64,000 nt of DNA from Trueperaceae bacterium (GCA_965213705.1 OZ243913.1:288001-352000); one strand, 5' to 3'. Numbered from the stretch's first letter, positions 32,647-44,982 are shown. The notes: generated by a model from the sequence alone, not told the origin. Numbers and translations: made by a program.

Positions 32647-34701
32647 ATGACTCAAACCGCTGTTCTCCCCAGTTTCGTCGGCGGCGCTTGGCACGTCGGT
32701 CAAGGTGACGGAATCCTCGTCCGCGACGCGGTTTACGGCAAACCCGTCGCCCGCGTCAGCGCCGACGGCCTCGACCTGCCCGGCGTGCTTCATTACGCCA
32801 GAGAGGTCGGCGGCCCCGCGCTCCGCAAGCTGACTTTTCACGACCGCGCGCTGCGGCTCAAGGCGCTCGCGCAGCACCTCATGAGCAGAAAAGAGGCTTT
32901 TTACGAACTGTCTTATGCGACCGGCACGACGCGCCGCGACGCCTGGATAGACGTCGAGGGCGGTATCGGCACGCTGTTCGCGTACTCGAGCCTGGTGCGC
33001 CGCTCGCTGCCGAACGAGACTTTTTTGATAGAGGACGACGCCATCCCGCTGTCCAAAAACGGCACCTTCGTCGCCCGGCACCTGCTTACGCCGAAAGAGG
33101 GCGTGGCGGTTCACATCAACGCCTTTAATTTCCCCTGTTGGGGGATGTTGGAAAAGCTCGCCCCGACGCTGCTGGCCGGGATGCCGGGCATCGTCAAACC
33201 CGCGCCGCAGACCGCCTACCTGACCGAAGCGATGTTCCGCGAAATGCTCGCCAGCGGCCTGTTGCCCGAGGGCGCGGTGCAACTCGTCAGCGGCGACGCG
33301 GTAGACTTTTTTCCGCACCTGTTAGAACAAGACGTGGTCACCTTTACGGGGTCCGCGTCGACCGGGAGAAAGCTCAGGGCGCACCCGAACATCATCGACA
33401 AGGCTGTACCCTTTACGCTCGAGGCCGACTCGCTCAACAGCGCCGTGCTCGGCCTAAGTGTCGAGCCGGGGGACGCGGAGTTCGAGCTGTTCGTCAAGGA
33501 AGTCGCGCGCGAGATGACTGCCAAAGCCGGACAAAAATGCACTGCCATCCGCCGCGCCATCGTGCCGCGCGAGTTGCTCGAGCCCGTCGCTGAAGCGCTG
33601 CGAGCCAGGCTTGCTCAGGTTACCGTGGGCGACCCACGTGACGAGAACGTGCGTATGGGGCCGCTGGTGAGCACCGCGCAGCGCGACGAGGTGAGCGCGC
33701 AGGTGGAGCGGTTGAAAAACTCGAGCACCGTCTTGTTCGGAGAAGATAGTTTTGAAATTGCTAGCGGCGACTTAGAGGCGGGCGGCTTTTTTCCGTCGAC
33801 CCTCCTCTACTGCGAAAAGCCTTTCGACGTGACCGAGCCCCACGAAGTCGAAGCCTTCGGCCCCGTCGCCACGCTGCTGCCCTATGACACACTCGACGAG
33901 GCCGTCGCCATCACCAAGCTCGGCAAGGGAAGTTTGGTAAGCACCTTTGTCACCCGCGACCCCGCGGAGGCTCGAGCCCTCGTTCTCGGCAGCGCCAGCC
34001 ATCACGGGCGGCTGCTCGTTCTCAACCGCGACAATGCCAAAGAGTCCACCGGCCACGGCTCTCCCCTGCCGCTGCTCGTCCACGGTGGCCCCGGCCGCGC
34101 GGGCGGCGGCGAAGAACTCGGCGGCACCCGCTCAATTCACCACTACATGCAGCGCACCGCCCTTCAAGCCGACCCCACTATCCTCATGCATGTGACAAAC
34201 GAATACGTGCGCGGCGCGCGAACGTTCGAGGACCGCGTTCACCCGTTCCGCAAAACTTTCGACGAACTTACCATCGGCGAGCGCTACACCACCCACCGCC
34301 GCACCGTGACCGAGGCCGACATTGTGAACTTTGCCAACGTCAGCGGCGACTATTTTTACGCCCACGTGGACGACATCGCCGCGAAGGACTCTATTTTTGA
34401 AAAGCGCGTGGCCCACGGCTATTTTCTGGTCTCCGCCGCCGCCGGCCTGTTCGTCGACCCGCGGCCCGGCCCGGTGCTCGCCAACTACGGCCTCGAGAAC
34501 CTCCGCTTTATAGAACCCGTCGGCATCGGCGACACCCTGGGCGCGCACCTGACGGTGAAGCAAAAAATCAAAAAGGAGAAGCGCGAGGACGACAAAAAAA
34601 CGACGGGCGTGGTCGCGTGGGACGTGGAGCTGTTCAACCAGGCTGCGGAGACAGTTGCGCTTTATACGATTTTGACGCTGGTCGAAAGAGAGGATGACTG
34701 A
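32647..34701 (+). CDS. paaZ: Phenylacetate degradation bifunctional protein (ALDH + MaoC hydratase)
   Basis: [21 protein letters not shown] and [11 protein letters not shown], plus a C-terminal MaoC domain ([13 protein letters not shown]). Confidence 0.93.
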   Translation: MTQTAVLPSFVGGAWHVGQGDGILVRDAVYGKPVARVSADGLDLPGVLHYAREVGGPALRKLTFHDRALRLKALAQHLMSRKEAFYELSYATGTTRRDAWIDVEGGIGTLFAYSSLVRRSLPNETFLIEDDAIPLSKNGTFVARHLLTPKEGVAVHINAFNFPCWGMLEKLAPTLLAGMPGIVKPAPQTAYLTEAMFREMLASGLLPEGAVQLVSGDAVDFFPHLLEQDVVTFTGSASTGRKLRAHPNIIDKAVPFTLEADSLNSAVLGLSVEPGDAEFELFVKEVAREMTAKAGQKCTAIRRAIVPRELLEPVAEALRARLAQVTVGDPRDENVRMGPLVSTAQRDEVSAQVERLKNSSTVLFGEDSFEIASGDLEAGGFFPSTLLYCEKPFDVTEPHEVEAFGPVATLLPYDTLDEAVAITKLGKGSLVSTFVTRDPAEARALVLGSASHHGRLLVLNRDNAKESTGHGSPLPLLVHGGPGRAGGGEELGGTRSIHHYMQRTALQADPTILMHVTNEYVRGARTFEDRVHPFRKTFDELTIGERYTTHRRTVTEADIVNFANVSGDYFYAHVDDIAAKDSIFEKRVAHGYFLVSAAAGLFVDPRPGPVLANYGLENLRFIEPVGIGDTLGAHLTVKQKIKKEKREDDKKTTGVVAWDVELFNQAAETVALYTILTLVEREDD

Positions 34702-34747
34702 GCCGCATCAGGCCCGCTTCTCGAACACGTTTGCTAGAATTGCGCGG

Positions 34748-34984
34748 GTGATAGACATGACGACACAAGCCGTAACCATAAAAATTTCTGACAAATTGGC
34801 CGACTTGTCGCTCGAGCAACAGCGTGAAGTCCTGGTCTTTGCCAGTTTTCTGAAGTCTCAGCTTGAAGGTGTCAAAGGGTCGTCTCTATTGAGCTTTGCC
34901 GGTAGCATCCCCGCTGCCGACCTGACGCGAATGCAACAAGCCATCGAAGAAGGCTGTGAACGTATTGACCCCGATGAGTGGTAG
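34748..34984 (+). CDS. Putative antitoxin (DUF2281-like)
   Basis: L..EQQREVL.FA.FLK...LLSFAGSI...EEGCERID..EW; overlaps the start of a PIN gene; TAGAAT 7 nt before GTG 34748. Confidence 0.7.
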   Translation: MIDMTTQAVTIKISDKLADLSLEQQREVLVFASFLKSQLEGVKGSSLLSFAGSIPAADLTRMQQAIEEGCERIDPDEW

Positions 34985-35147
34985 AAGTCTGCTCGACACC
35001 AACATCGTCATTGCGCTTTTTGCTCGAGACCAAGCTGTTACCGAAGAACTCGCAGAAGCCGAAGAAGTGTTTGTTCCGAGCATCATCTTGGGTGAACTGT
35101 TGAATACAGTCGTATTCTATCTCGCTTTCGGAGTGGAGTTACTTTAG
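34974..35147 (+). pseudogene. Truncated PIN/VapC toxin
   Basis: MSGRSLLDTNIVIALF...VFVPSIILGEL, after which similarity is lost where the low-GC DNA begins; only 57 aa. Confidence 0.8.
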
Positions 35148-35153
35148 TTTCTA

Positions 35154-36455
35154 ATGGCTAAGCAAAAACGTAAGTATAAACGCCGTAAACAGTCGTGGGG
35201 CAGTCATCATCAGTCGAACCGTGATAAGGTTCGTGCAATTTATGGTGGTCTCGAACAAGATGTTCAATCTCTTTTCTTTAAATTAGACAACCACACATTG
35301 AGCCATGTACTTTGGGAGTACGAACAGAAGTACGGGCGTGGAGCGCGTGATTATGCAGCACGAACATTCACCAAGTGGCGTTCACGCAGGGTTGACATGA
35401 GTGGTTTGATACTTGAACGACTCATCCACATAGTTCCGCCCCACCTCTCTTTTGAACAGAAGTTTGAGATACTTATTAAAGCTGCGACACAAACTAAAAG
35501 TATTGTTATGGTCACATTGCCCGTTACATCAACCCTTGAAGAGTCGATTCAGGCTCTTTCCGATTCTGTAAGGAACGCTTTATGGAATGACCTTCCCTCT
35601 AACTTACAGACGCGACTTTCTTGGCTTGCTCAAGACGATTTTCAGATGGCAAAAATCTTGCTTAGGGAAGCTATACGGCACGAAGCTGTAACTGCGTCAG
35701 AATACTTGAAAGAAAACATAAACAATTTTTCTAAGGTTGCCAATAGTGTTAGCGACAGCTCTAATATATATGCCGAATTTGAAATCTATCTCCTGGGTAC
35801 CGATATTCAAGTAACACTGACTAATAGTAAGATAGAATCCAAGATAAACAACACTAGAAAGGACATAAAACCCATGAGTGAAAATGGAAACAATAATCCC
35901 AAAGGAAAGGAACTAGCAAAACCCGTTGAAAACCCAAATAACCTCTTAAATGAAGCTTTACAAAGAATGCCAGAAAGTAAAGCTCAAGAAATTATGGGCA
36001 AAGCGGCTGATGAAGCCTTGCGGTTACAAGTTAAACGTAGAGAAAGTGAAGACGATGTCAATATTATCAACGAAAAACTGCGGTCAGCAGCAAGATTTTC
36101 TGATGATATGGAGCACAATCAATCATCTGATTATAATGTCTCTCAAACTCACCATTCAGAACATGGTGACGCTCGCATCACTGTCAGTCGTAAAATCGAA
36201 GCAAAGTCCGAAAGCAGAAAGTTTTGTTTCGTTGCAACAGCCTGTTTTGGCAATGTTGACCATCCCGTCGTTTCTGACCTTAGAGTTTTTCGAGACGAGA
36301 AACTAGTGCAGTATTACTGGGGCAGGTCTTTTATTTCTTGGTATTACGAAAATGGTGAGGGATTAGCAAGCATTGTGTCAAAAACACCAGGTGCTCGTAG
36401 AGTCTTGAGACCCGTTCTATGGCTACTTGCTCGTATAACTCAATTAAGAAGCTAA
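35154..36455 (+). CDS. Low-GC hypothetical protein with C-terminal CFI-box-CTERM domain
   Basis: C-terminus CFVATACFG...V..LR.FRD..L...WGR.FI.WYY..G..LA. Confidence 0.82.
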   Translation: MAKQKRKYKRRKQSWGSHHQSNRDKVRAIYGGLEQDVQSLFFKLDNHTLSHVLWEYEQKYGRGARDYAARTFTKWRSRRVDMSGLILERLIHIVPPHLSFEQKFEILIKAATQTKSIVMVTLPVTSTLEESIQALSDSVRNALWNDLPSNLQTRLSWLAQDDFQMAKILLREAIRHEAVTASEYLKENINNFSKVANSVSDSSNIYAEFEIYLLGTDIQVTLTNSKIESKINNTRKDIKPMSENGNNNPKGKELAKPVENPNNLLNEALQRMPESKAQEIMGKAADEALRLQVKRRESEDDVNIINEKLRSAARFSDDMEHNQSSDYNVSQTHHSEHGDARITVSRKIEAKSESRKFCFVATACFGNVDHPVVSDLRVFRDEKLVQYYWGRSFISWYYENGEGLASIVSKTPGARRVLRPVLWLLARITQLRS

Positions 36456-36477
36456 GACTACAAGGGCATAATTTAGG

Positions 36478-36951
36478 TCAAGCCAAGACTCGCATCATCT
36501 GCCGAATTGCCCCCAAGTGGTAAGCCGTGTGAACAACTAACGCCATGCTGTCACCCACCTCGTCGTCACCCCAAGACTCTATACTTTTGAGTTTGGCCGT
36601 GACGCTTTCATAAACGGCTTTCAGGTCTTGTTTCAAACCTTCCCAGGCTTCGGGCGTTACCTGTTCGAGTTGCCAACTCTCTTGCCAATCGACTTTTTCG
36701 GTTCTGCCGTTCATGAACTGCGTAATAGCGTCCAGATAAAAGCGCGTGTGCTCTACTTGCGCCGCGATGCTGGTGCCGCCCTCGGCAACGGGTCGTGAAG
36801 CTTGCTCGGCTGAAATGGCATTGAGCGTGTCGAACAAACCTGCTTTCTGGTCGAGGTAAGCACTTCCCGGTCTCGGTGGGCTTTCAAACGTTTCGACCAT
36901 AAGGGTGAGTAAGTTACCGACAAAGTCCTTGGTGGCAATGGTCTCAGACAT
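36478..36951 (-). CDS. DinB-like family protein
   Basis: SIAAQVEHTRFYL...W..SW...HTAYHLGAIRQ. Confidence 0.8.
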   Translation of the reverse strand: MSETIATKDFVGNLLTLMVETFESPPRPGSAYLDQKAGLFDTLNAISAEQASRPVAEGGTSIAAQVEHTRFYLDAITQFMNGRTEKVDWQESWQLEQVTPEAWEGLKQDLKAVYESVTAKLKSIESWGDDEVGDSMALVVHTAYHLGAIRQMMRVLA

Positions 36952-37103
36952 AAGCAACTCCTAAGCAGCGCGCTTTAAGCATCTTGTAAGGTTTGATTTT
37001 TTCGGAACTCGAGACCAGTGAGTGAAACGAGTGTACTTGTTTGGGTGAGGTTTGGCAAGCGTTGTCAGGCTGCTCGAGCCCCCGCCGGGTGTACCCTTAG
37101 AGC

Positions 37104-37865
37104 ATGGACAAGCTCTATCACATCGGTTTTGGTCGCGCCGACTTAGGTGATAATCCACCCACCAAGGCGCTCCTCTCCGGCGACCCCGAGCGGGCCAAGC
37201 TCATCGCCGAGACGCATTTTCGAGAGGTCAGAGAACTCTCTACCCACCGCGGGCTCAACAGCTACTTGGGGCTTTTAGAAGACGGCACGCCCGCTTTGTC
37301 CGCTACGAGCGGCATGGGCGCGCCGAGTTTGTCGATTATCGTCAACGAACTCGTGCAGGTGGGCGTCACGACGATTCTTCGGGTGGGCACTTGCGGCAGC
37401 ATTCAGCCGGGGGTCAAAGCGGGGAGCGTTGTCATCACTTCGGGGGCGCTGTGCCGCCAGGGGGCGGCAAACGACGTTGCGCCGCCTGAGTACCCGGCGG
37501 TAGCCGACCCCTTTTTGACGGTCAAACTTGCCGAGGCGGCTCGAGCACTGGGCGCGGACTATCACATCGGCATTACCGCCAGCGTCGATACTTTTTACGA
37601 GGGCCAGGGCCGCACCGGCGGCGCGAACCCGCACCTGCTCCGCTCTTTGCAGGGCCTGGTCGAAGAGCTTCAGCATTTGAACGTCCTCAACTTCGAGATG
37701 GAAGCGGGGACGCTGCTCAAGATGGGGAGTGTGTACGGCTTTCAGGCGGGCTGCATCTGCGCCGTCGTCGCGCAGCGCAGCGAGAGCGAAGAGGTGGTGC
37801 TCGAGGCCAAGGACGACGCGGTCAACCAAGCGATTCGCGTGGCAGTCGCGACTTTAAGCAGCTAG
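37104..37865 (+). CDS. udp: Uridine/nucleoside phosphorylase
   Basis: YHIG, GDPERA, GMGAPS, RVGTCGSIQ and NFEME. Confidence 0.85.
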   Translation: MDKLYHIGFGRADLGDNPPTKALLSGDPERAKLIAETHFREVRELSTHRGLNSYLGLLEDGTPALSATSGMGAPSLSIIVNELVQVGVTTILRVGTCGSIQPGVKAGSVVITSGALCRQGAANDVAPPEYPAVADPFLTVKLAEAARALGADYHIGITASVDTFYEGQGRTGGANPHLLRSLQGLVEELQHLNVLNFEMEAGTLLKMGSVYGFQAGCICAVVAQRSESEEVVLEAKDDAVNQAIRVAVATLSS

Positions 37866-37921
37866 TCGAGGGGAGCAGGGGAGAAAAAGCTCTTGACTTC
37901 ACTTTCTCCTTTTTCCTTTCC

Positions 37922-37948
37922 ACTTTTCACTCGGTACTCGGTACTTTC
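37922..37948. repeat. Intergenic CTCGGTA-unit repeat, copy 2
   Basis: ACTTTTCACTCGGTACTCGGTACTTTC, identical to the copy-1 core. Confidence 0.8.
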
Positions 37949-38792
37949 AACTGTGCCGGTTCAAAAAGTTCACCACGTCCTCGAGCACCCGCGGCCCCAA
38001 AAACCTCGTCCCGCGGCCCAGTGCTCCGACGATGCCCACGTGGTCGAGCTTTTTGTACGTTTTCAGTTCGACCTCGCCCCCGCTCGCCTCGATGCGCTCG
38101 GCAAAGCGGAGGCTGTTTTTCGGGTTGACGGTGGTGTCGGCAAGGCCGGTGGCGATGAACGCGGGCGGTTCGTTGCCGCCGACAAAATTGACGGGCTGCG
38201 TCTGCGCCCAAGCGTCCTCTGGGCCGAGGGCGGCTTTCGAGCGCACGTCGTCCGGGGCCAGTGGCAAAAAGTCGTAGGCTCCGGCGAGGCCGACGAAACC
38301 TGCCAGCTTGGTCGTTGAGCCTAACGCCTCGAGATACCGCTCGTCAAAAGCGACCAGCGCCGCGATGTGCGCGCCCGCCGAGTGGCCCATCAAAAAGACC
38401 TTGGTCGGGTCGCCGCCGTAGTTGGCAACGTTGCCGAAAACCCAGTCAACCGCCAGCGCGACGTCCTCCGCGTAGCTCGGAAAGGTGACCTCGGGAACGA
38501 GGCGGTAGTTGACGATGACGGTGGTAAAACCCTGCGCGGTGAGGCTGTCGGCGACGAACGGATATTCGGACTTGTCGCCCGAATCCCAGTAGCCGCCGTG
38601 GACGAAGACGACGACGCCCTTCGCGGGCGCGGTGGCGGAGGTGTAAAGGTCGAGCTTTTGCCTGGGCAACGCCCCGTAAGTGAGGTCGCGGCGGACGAGG
38701 AGGTCTTGCGTGACGAACGAGTTGACGAACCCGAGCGGCGTGCAGCCGCCGAGGGCAAAAGCGAGCAGGCTGAGAATCCCTTTCCATTTCAT
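37947..38792 (-). CDS. Alpha/beta hydrolase (HSL-like esterase), lipoprotein
   Basis: Lipobox LGGC, HGGYW and nucleophile motif GHSAG. Confidence 0.9.
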   Translation of the reverse strand: MKWKGILSLLAFALGGCTPLGFVNSFVTQDLLVRRDLTYGALPRQKLDLYTSATAPAKGVVVFVHGGYWDSGDKSEYPFVADSLTAQGFTTVIVNYRLVPEVTFPSYAEDVALAVDWVFGNVANYGGDPTKVFLMGHSAGAHIAALVAFDERYLEALGSTTKLAGFVGLAGAYDFLPLAPDDVRSKAALGPEDAWAQTQPVNFVGGNEPPAFIATGLADTTVNPKNSLRFAERIEASGGEVELKTYKKLDHVGIVGALGRGTRFLGPRVLEDVVNFLNRHS

Positions 38793-38941
38793 GGCTCAAT
38801 GGTGGCACATTGTTTCTGCGACGATGGTGCGGGCGACCCGTTTTTCCTACCACCGCGCCCGTTGGGTCGGCAACCTCTCTTTGCGGCAGGGCTCGAGGCG
38901 CTATACTGCAAGAACTTGATACAAAGACTCAGGAGGTCGTC

Positions 38942-39145
38942 ATGCCAGGTGACGCAGACGAAGAGCAGAACGAAACACCGGAGGACAAACCCTTAAACGG
39001 CGAACCCGGCAAGCGCGACCTGGAGTACGGCCACGCCTTCGGCACTCAGCGCGACCGCAGCAAGGGCGGGCAACCGGAATATTTCGAGAACTACTCGGAC
39101 GACTGGCAGGACGCGGTGCCCGAGCGGGACGGGGAAGAGGAGTAA
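38942..39145 (+). CDS. Small acidic hypothetical protein (67 aa)
   Basis: Strong RBS AGGAGG at 38931 and ATG at 38942; MPGDADEEQNE...DGEEE. Confidence 0.65.
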   Translation: MPGDADEEQNETPEDKPLNGEPGKRDLEYGHAFGTQRDRSKGGQPEYFENYSDDWQDAVPERDGEEE

Positions 39146-39148
39146 GGG

Positions 39149-39175
39149 GAAGTACCGAGTACCGAGTGGAAAGTA
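39149..39175. repeat. Intergenic CTCGGTA-unit repeat, copy 3 (reverse orientation)
   Basis: GAAGTACCGAGTACCGAGTGGAAAGTA. Confidence 0.75.
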
Positions 39176-39210
39176 AAAAGTAAGGGCGAAAGTCGTCAGA
39201 AAGGTAAACT

Positions 39211-40896
39211 TTGAACCTCGAGTCCCCAACACACTACGACGTCGCCATCATCGGTTCAGGCATCGCGGGCTCGTCGCTGGCGGCGATTTTGGCGCGGCAT
39301 GGGCGCAAGGTGGTAGTGCTCGAGGCCGGGTCGCACCCGAAGTTCGCCATCGGCGAGTCGATGATTTTGGAAACCTCCGAGACGATGCGCGCGCTGGCCG
39401 AGTTTTACGAGGTGCACGAGCTTGCCTACTTCAGCTCGGAGAATTACTTATCCAAAATCGGCACCTCGCACGGAGTCAAGCGGCACTTCAGCTACCTGCA
39501 CCACGTGCCGGGGGAAACGCCGGACGCGTCCAAAGCCCTGCAAGCCGTCATCCCCAAAGAGCCGCACGGGCACGAACTGCACCTGTACCGGCAGGACGTG
39601 GACGCCTTTTTAACCGTCTGCGCGGTGAAATATGGCGCGACGGTCTTGCAAAACACGCTTGTCACAGGGCTCGAGCTTGACGACGACGGCGTCACCCTGA
39701 CGACGAAGACGGGCCGTATAGAGGCCGACTTTCTAGTTGACGCGGGCGGCTTCCGCTCGCTCGTCGCTGAAAAGTTCGAGCTGCGCGAGTTTGAGTTGCA
39801 GACGCACTCGAGGGCGCTCTTCACCCACATGGTCGGCGTGCCCGACTTTCACGCGGTCACGGGGGCCGACTACGGCCTGCCCTTCAGCGTTCACGAAGGC
39901 ACGTTGCACCACATCTTCGAGGGCGGCTGGCTGTGGGTAATTCCCTTCAATAACCACGCCAAGGCGACGAACCCGCTGTGCAGCGTCGGTCTGCTCCTCG
40001 ACCCACGCGTGCATCCGGAGCGAAAAGACCTCACGCCGGAGGAAGAGTTTTTTGCGTTCATCGCGCAGTTCCCGACTATCGCCAGACAGTTCGAAGGCGC
40101 GAAGGCGGTACGCGCTTGGACGCGCACCGGGCGCTTGCAGTACAGTTCACACCGCGTCGTCGGCGACCGCTGGGCGCTGCTCGGGCACGCGGCGGGTTTT
40201 GTCGACCCGCTCTACTCGAAAGGCCTCTACACGACCTACGCGAGCGTGTCGGTGCTGGCGGACTTGCTGCTGCGAGCCGCCGAGACCGGTGACTACTCCG
40301 CCGCCCATTTCCAACCTTTGGAAGACCTGACCCTCGCCTATGTCAAAGCCAACGACCGCCTCGTCGCCAACTCGTACAAGTCGTTCGCCCACCCCAAACT
40401 CTGGAATGTTTACAGCGTGATGTGGTTGTTGGGCGCGTACACCGAGTACGTGAAGCTCACCAGTATGCGGGCGCGGCGGCTAGGTCGCGACGCCTACTAC
40501 GCGGAGGCTTATGGCTTGCGCCTCGTCGGCGGCGGTTTCCCTGAGTTCAAAACGGTAGCGGACAAAGTAGACGCTTTGATAGAGGCCGTCGACCCGCACG
40601 ACGAGGCCGCGGTAGACGCGACCGTCGCCGAGATTAAAACCGTCTTCGGCGAGGTCGCCTGGTTGCCGAAGGCGTTTCAAGACCTGCTGGACGGCAAAAA
40701 CCACCTGCCGCGGCGCAAACTGCGCTTGGACTTACTGAGTTCCAACAAAGGTTTTCTGGGTACGGGCGCGTACCGCGAGCACTTCTTCGGGGACGTTTCG
40801 GTGGGCGGCATGGTCAAAACGTTCGTCGCCGAAAAGCTGCGTTACTCCGAAACGGGTCTCAGCCTGAAACGGCGCGGCGTACCAGGCACGAGTTGA
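39211..40896 (+). CDS. FAD-dependent halogenase, PrnC/tryptophan-halogenase family
   Basis: [29 protein letters not shown] (WxWxIP) and [11 protein letters not shown]. Confidence 0.85.
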   Translation: MNLESPTHYDVAIIGSGIAGSSLAAILARHGRKVVVLEAGSHPKFAIGESMILETSETMRALAEFYEVHELAYFSSENYLSKIGTSHGVKRHFSYLHHVPGETPDASKALQAVIPKEPHGHELHLYRQDVDAFLTVCAVKYGATVLQNTLVTGLELDDDGVTLTTKTGRIEADFLVDAGGFRSLVAEKFELREFELQTHSRALFTHMVGVPDFHAVTGADYGLPFSVHEGTLHHIFEGGWLWVIPFNNHAKATNPLCSVGLLLDPRVHPERKDLTPEEEFFAFIAQFPTIARQFEGAKAVRAWTRTGRLQYSSHRVVGDRWALLGHAAGFVDPLYSKGLYTTYASVSVLADLLLRAAETGDYSAAHFQPLEDLTLAYVKANDRLVANSYKSFAHPKLWNVYSVMWLLGAYTEYVKLTSMRARRLGRDAYYAEAYGLRLVGGGFPEFKTVADKVDALIEAVDPHDEAAVDATVAEIKTVFGEVAWLPKAFQDLLDGKNHLPRRKLRLDLLSSNKGFLGTGAYREHFFGDVSVGGMVKTFVAEKLRYSETGLSLKRRGVPGTS

Positions 40897-40910
40897 GACG
40901 TAGAGGGTTC

Positions 40911-41028
40911 GTCCGCTGCGAATGAATGTGAAGCAGGCCTATAAGAGAAGCAATCTCCAACCTTTGAAGTGCGCCGGTTCTGCTCTCACTCGAGGTTGCC
41001 TCGTCCGCTCACGCTCCCTCGCAACGAC
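40911..41028. repeat. Degenerate GAAGCAATCT/AGATTGCTTC-type palindromic element
   Basis: GAAGCAATCTCC ... GAGGTTGCCTCGTC...CTCGCAACGAC, similar to 43027-43107. Confidence 0.55.
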
Positions 41029-41194
41029 TATTGCTTGTGAAATTTGACTTTGCGGTAGCCCCGCGCACCGGGCGCAGGCTGAAACGCAGACTGTCGAGAC
41101 AAAAGCCTCCGCGCGCTCGTTTTTCAACTCGTTTGTCGAGACGATACCCTCCAGGGCGACAAATGTCTGACCTGGGTTGGGTATAGAGTGCTTT

Positions 41195-42180
<986 letters not shown>

Positions 42181-42184
<4 letters not shown>

Positions 42185-42969
42185 GCACCCTGGCCCGCTT
42201 CGGCTGGACCTTGAGCGACATTTTTGTCCTCGTCAAGCGCAACCTGCTCCGCTACGTGCGCCTACCCCAACTCCTCGTTTTTTCGACGATTCAACCCATC
42301 ATGTTCGTGCTGCTGTTCGCCTTTGTCTTCGGCGGCGCGATTGCCACGCCGGGCGTGGACTACATCAACTACCTCATCCCCGGCATTTTGGTCCAGACCG
42401 TGCTGTTCGGCGCAAGCCAGACGACCGTGGGGCTGGCCGAAGACCTCTCGAAGGGCATCGTCGACCGCTTCCGCTCGCTGCCGATGGCGCGGAGCGCGGT
42501 GCTGGCGGGCCGCACCCTTGCCGACAGCATCCGCAACGTGTTCGTCGTGCTGCTCATGCTGTTGGTCGGCGCGCTCATCGGCTTTCGGTTTCAGGGGGGT
42601 TTGTGGGACTCGGTGCTTTCAGTCATCGTGGTAGTGCTGTTCGGCTTCGCGTTTTCGTGGATAAGCGCGCTCATCGGGCTCTTAACCAAGGACCCGGAGA
42701 CGGCGCAGGTGGCGGGTTTTATCTGGATTTTTCCGCTGGTCTTCGCCTCGTCGGCGTTCGTGCCGGTCCAGACGATGCCCGCGTGGCTGCAAACCTTCGC
42801 CGAGGTGCAACCGATTTCGGTCACGGTGAACGCGGTGCGCTACCTCACCTCGGGCGGCGCGGCCCCCGGCACCGAGAGCGCGGCGGTGTGGCAGTCGCTG
42901 CTGTGGATGGTGGCAATCCTGCTGGTGTTCGTGCCCCTGGCCGTGCGGCAGTACCGGCGCAGCGTTTGA
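42181..42969 (+). CDS. DrrB-family ABC-2 permease
   Basis: QPIMFVLLF.FVFGG, DRFRSLPMAR and SSAFVP..TMP.WLQ. Confidence 0.92.
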
Positions 42970-43026
42970 GGCGAGCATGTGACTGATTTACTTTGTTTAA
43001 ATCCTGTTCCTGACGTTTTCTTCATT

Positions 43027-43107
43027 GTCTTTGCGAGAAGCGACGAAGCAATCTGCCTTGGCATGAGGCGCAAACGTTGGAGATTGCTTCGCTGCGCTCG
43101 CAATGAC
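43027..43107. repeat. Palindromic element (RPE-like GTCnTTGCGAG...CTCGCAATGAC)
   Basis: GTCTTTGCGAG-AAGCGACGAAGCAATCT ... AGATTGCTTCGCTGCG-CTCGCAATGAC inverted repeat between convergent genes. Confidence 0.75.
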
Positions 43108-43147
43108 GGCGGTGTGTCGGGTTAGCATTGATGCAGTTACGAGCGTG

Positions 43148-43993
43148 TTAAATAGCCAGCAGCGGGTCGTCGAAGACGAGGTCGCCCTCGAGCACGCCCT
43201 CACCTAAATTACTCAAGCCCGTAAAGTCGAACAGATTTCTGTCCAGCAAGTGCGACGGACTCGTGTTTTGCAGGGCGCGAAAAATACTGTCGACGCGCTC
43301 CGGCGGCCAACCGTCCAGCATCTGCCTCACTAATTTCCGCTGCAGGTTTTCCTGCGAGCCGCACAGGGTGCAGGGGATAATCGGAAACGCCCGCCCCCGC
43401 GCGTAGCGGGCGATTTCGTGTTCGTGGCAGTACACGAGCGGGCGAACGACCGTGTGCTGTCCGTCGTCGCTGACGAGTTTGGGCGACATCGCTTTTAAGC
43501 GGCCGCCGAAAAAGAGGTTTAAGAAAAACGTCTCCAAAATATCGTCGCGGTGATGCCCGAGCGCAATCTTCGTCGCGCCGAGTTCCCCGGCTACGCGATA
43601 GATGACGCCGCGGCGCAGCCTCGAGCAGAGCGAACACATCGTCTTGCCTGCGGGAATTTTCGCCTTGACGACGCTGTAGGTGTCTTGTTCGACGATTTTG
43701 AAGTCCACACCGAAGTCGCTCAAATAGTCGGGCAACACGTGTTCGGGAAAACCGGGCTGCTTCTGGTCCAGGTTCATGGCAATGAGTTTGAACGAGATGG
43801 GCGCTCGAGCTTGCAACGCACTCAGGGTGTCGAGCAGCGTGTACGAGTCTTTGCCGCCCGACAAACAGACCATCACCACGTCGCCGTCTTGAATCATGGC
43901 GTAGTCGGTGACGGCCCTCGCCGTCAAACGCTCCAAGCGCCGCCGGAGCTTGCTGAAGTTCGCAGAATGGTGTTGGTTTTCTAAGCGCGCCAT
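43148..43993 (-). CDS. ttcA: tRNA 2-thiocytidine(32) synthetase
   Basis: [31 protein letters not shown] and CTLCGSQ. Confidence 0.95.
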   Translation of the reverse strand: MARLENQHHSANFSKLRRRLERLTARAVTDYAMIQDGDVVMVCLSGGKDSYTLLDTLSALQARAPISFKLIAMNLDQKQPGFPEHVLPDYLSDFGVDFKIVEQDTYSVVKAKIPAGKTMCSLCSRLRRGVIYRVAGELGATKIALGHHRDDILETFFLNLFFGGRLKAMSPKLVSDDGQHTVVRPLVYCHEHEIARYARGRAFPIIPCTLCGSQENLQRKLVRQMLDGWPPERVDSIFRALQNTSPSHLLDRNLFDFTGLSNLGEGVLEGDLVFDDPLLAI

Positions 43994-44034
43994 AAACCTG
44001 GCGATTATACGCTGCCGGTTCAAGCTCGAGCGTT

Positions 44035-44982
44035 ATGCTGAGCGCTGTGATTCTGGGCGAACCCGTCAGCTATTTTCTTTTCGAAATGCTCGTGTTCGGT
44101 TTGTTCGCCGTTTGTTTTATTCATGGATGCCTCGTCCACGGACTTCGCAATAATAAGCTTCCTCGTGTAGCGGTGGGGCTCGAGCTGCTGGTCTTCGTCC
44201 TCTACGGCCTCGCGTTTGAAAGCATCGCGGTGGCGGCCGGGTTTTACACCTACGCTCCTTTCGCGTTTCGCATCTGGCACGCGCCGCTCGTCATCGGGGT
44301 GGGTTGGGCGATTATCGGCTACGCGGTGATGGGGTTCAGCGACAGCCTCAACTTACCGCAGTGGGCCAAGCCTTTTTTAGACGCGCTGCTCGCTCTCCTC
44401 ATCGACCTCGGCATGGACGTGGTGGCGATTCGGGACGTTTATAACTTTGGGGACACGGTCTCGGGCATGTGGAACTGGGGCATTCCTTTGAACGAGATGT
44501 GGTTCGGCGTGCCCTACGCCAACTTTATGGCCTGGTGGCTCGTCGTCTTCATCATGTCGGCGAGTTTGCGCGGTGGGCGCTACGTTTATGGGTGGTTTGG
44601 TAAAAAGTGGCTGGCTTGGGTTTATCCTGTGGCGGCTCTTCTCGTGGCACTCGGTGTTTTCTTGTTTTTACTGCTCACTTTCACCGAGGCGTTCACCCTC
44701 ACGACCTTGTTGCTGTTAGTCGGGCTCTCGTTGGTCGTGACCGCGGCAAGTTTGCGCGGTCGGCAAAGAAGGCTGAGTTGGCGCACTCACTATCCCGTTT
44801 TCCTCGTGCCGCTGGTGTTTCACCTGTTCTTTTTAGGTCTGCTGTTGGTGCGCGGGCTTTATGTGGGTTCGCCGGGCGTCCTTGTCGTGAGCGTTGCAGC
44901 GTTTGTCATAAACGAGGCTGTCTTGTTGCTGGCTGTACACTCGCCGTTCAGGGCGGGCTCGAGCCTTCCGAAGCATTTCTGA
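44035..44982 (+). CDS. Carotenoid biosynthesis (CruF/DUF422-like) membrane protein
   Basis: PL.IGVGW, DLGMDVVA and W.W...WFGVP.ANF.AW pattern; multiple TM helices. Confidence 0.65.
   Translation: MLSAVILGEPVSYFLFEMLVFGLFAVCFIHGCLVHGLRNNKLPRVAVGLELLVFVLYGLAFESIAVAAGFYTYAPFAFRIWHAPLVIGVGWAIIGYAVMGFSDSLNLPQWAKPFLDALLALLIDLGMDVVAIRDVYNFGDTVSGMWNWGIPLNEMWFGVPYANFMAWWLVVFIMSASLRGGRYVYGWFGKKWLAWVYPVAALLVALGVFLFLLLTFTEAFTLTTLLLLVGLSLVVTAASLRGRQRRLSWRTHYPVFLVPLVFHLFFLGLLLVRGLYVGSPGVLVVSVAAFVINEAVLLLAVHSPFRAGSSLPKHF

Noticed and set aside
32116..33318. Long antisense ORFs (this 400-aa one, also 14167-15210, 8408-9325 and 30477-31388)
   Set aside because: Shadow or alternate-frame ORFs typical of high-GC coding DNA; they overlap well-supported genes and have no recognisable motifs.
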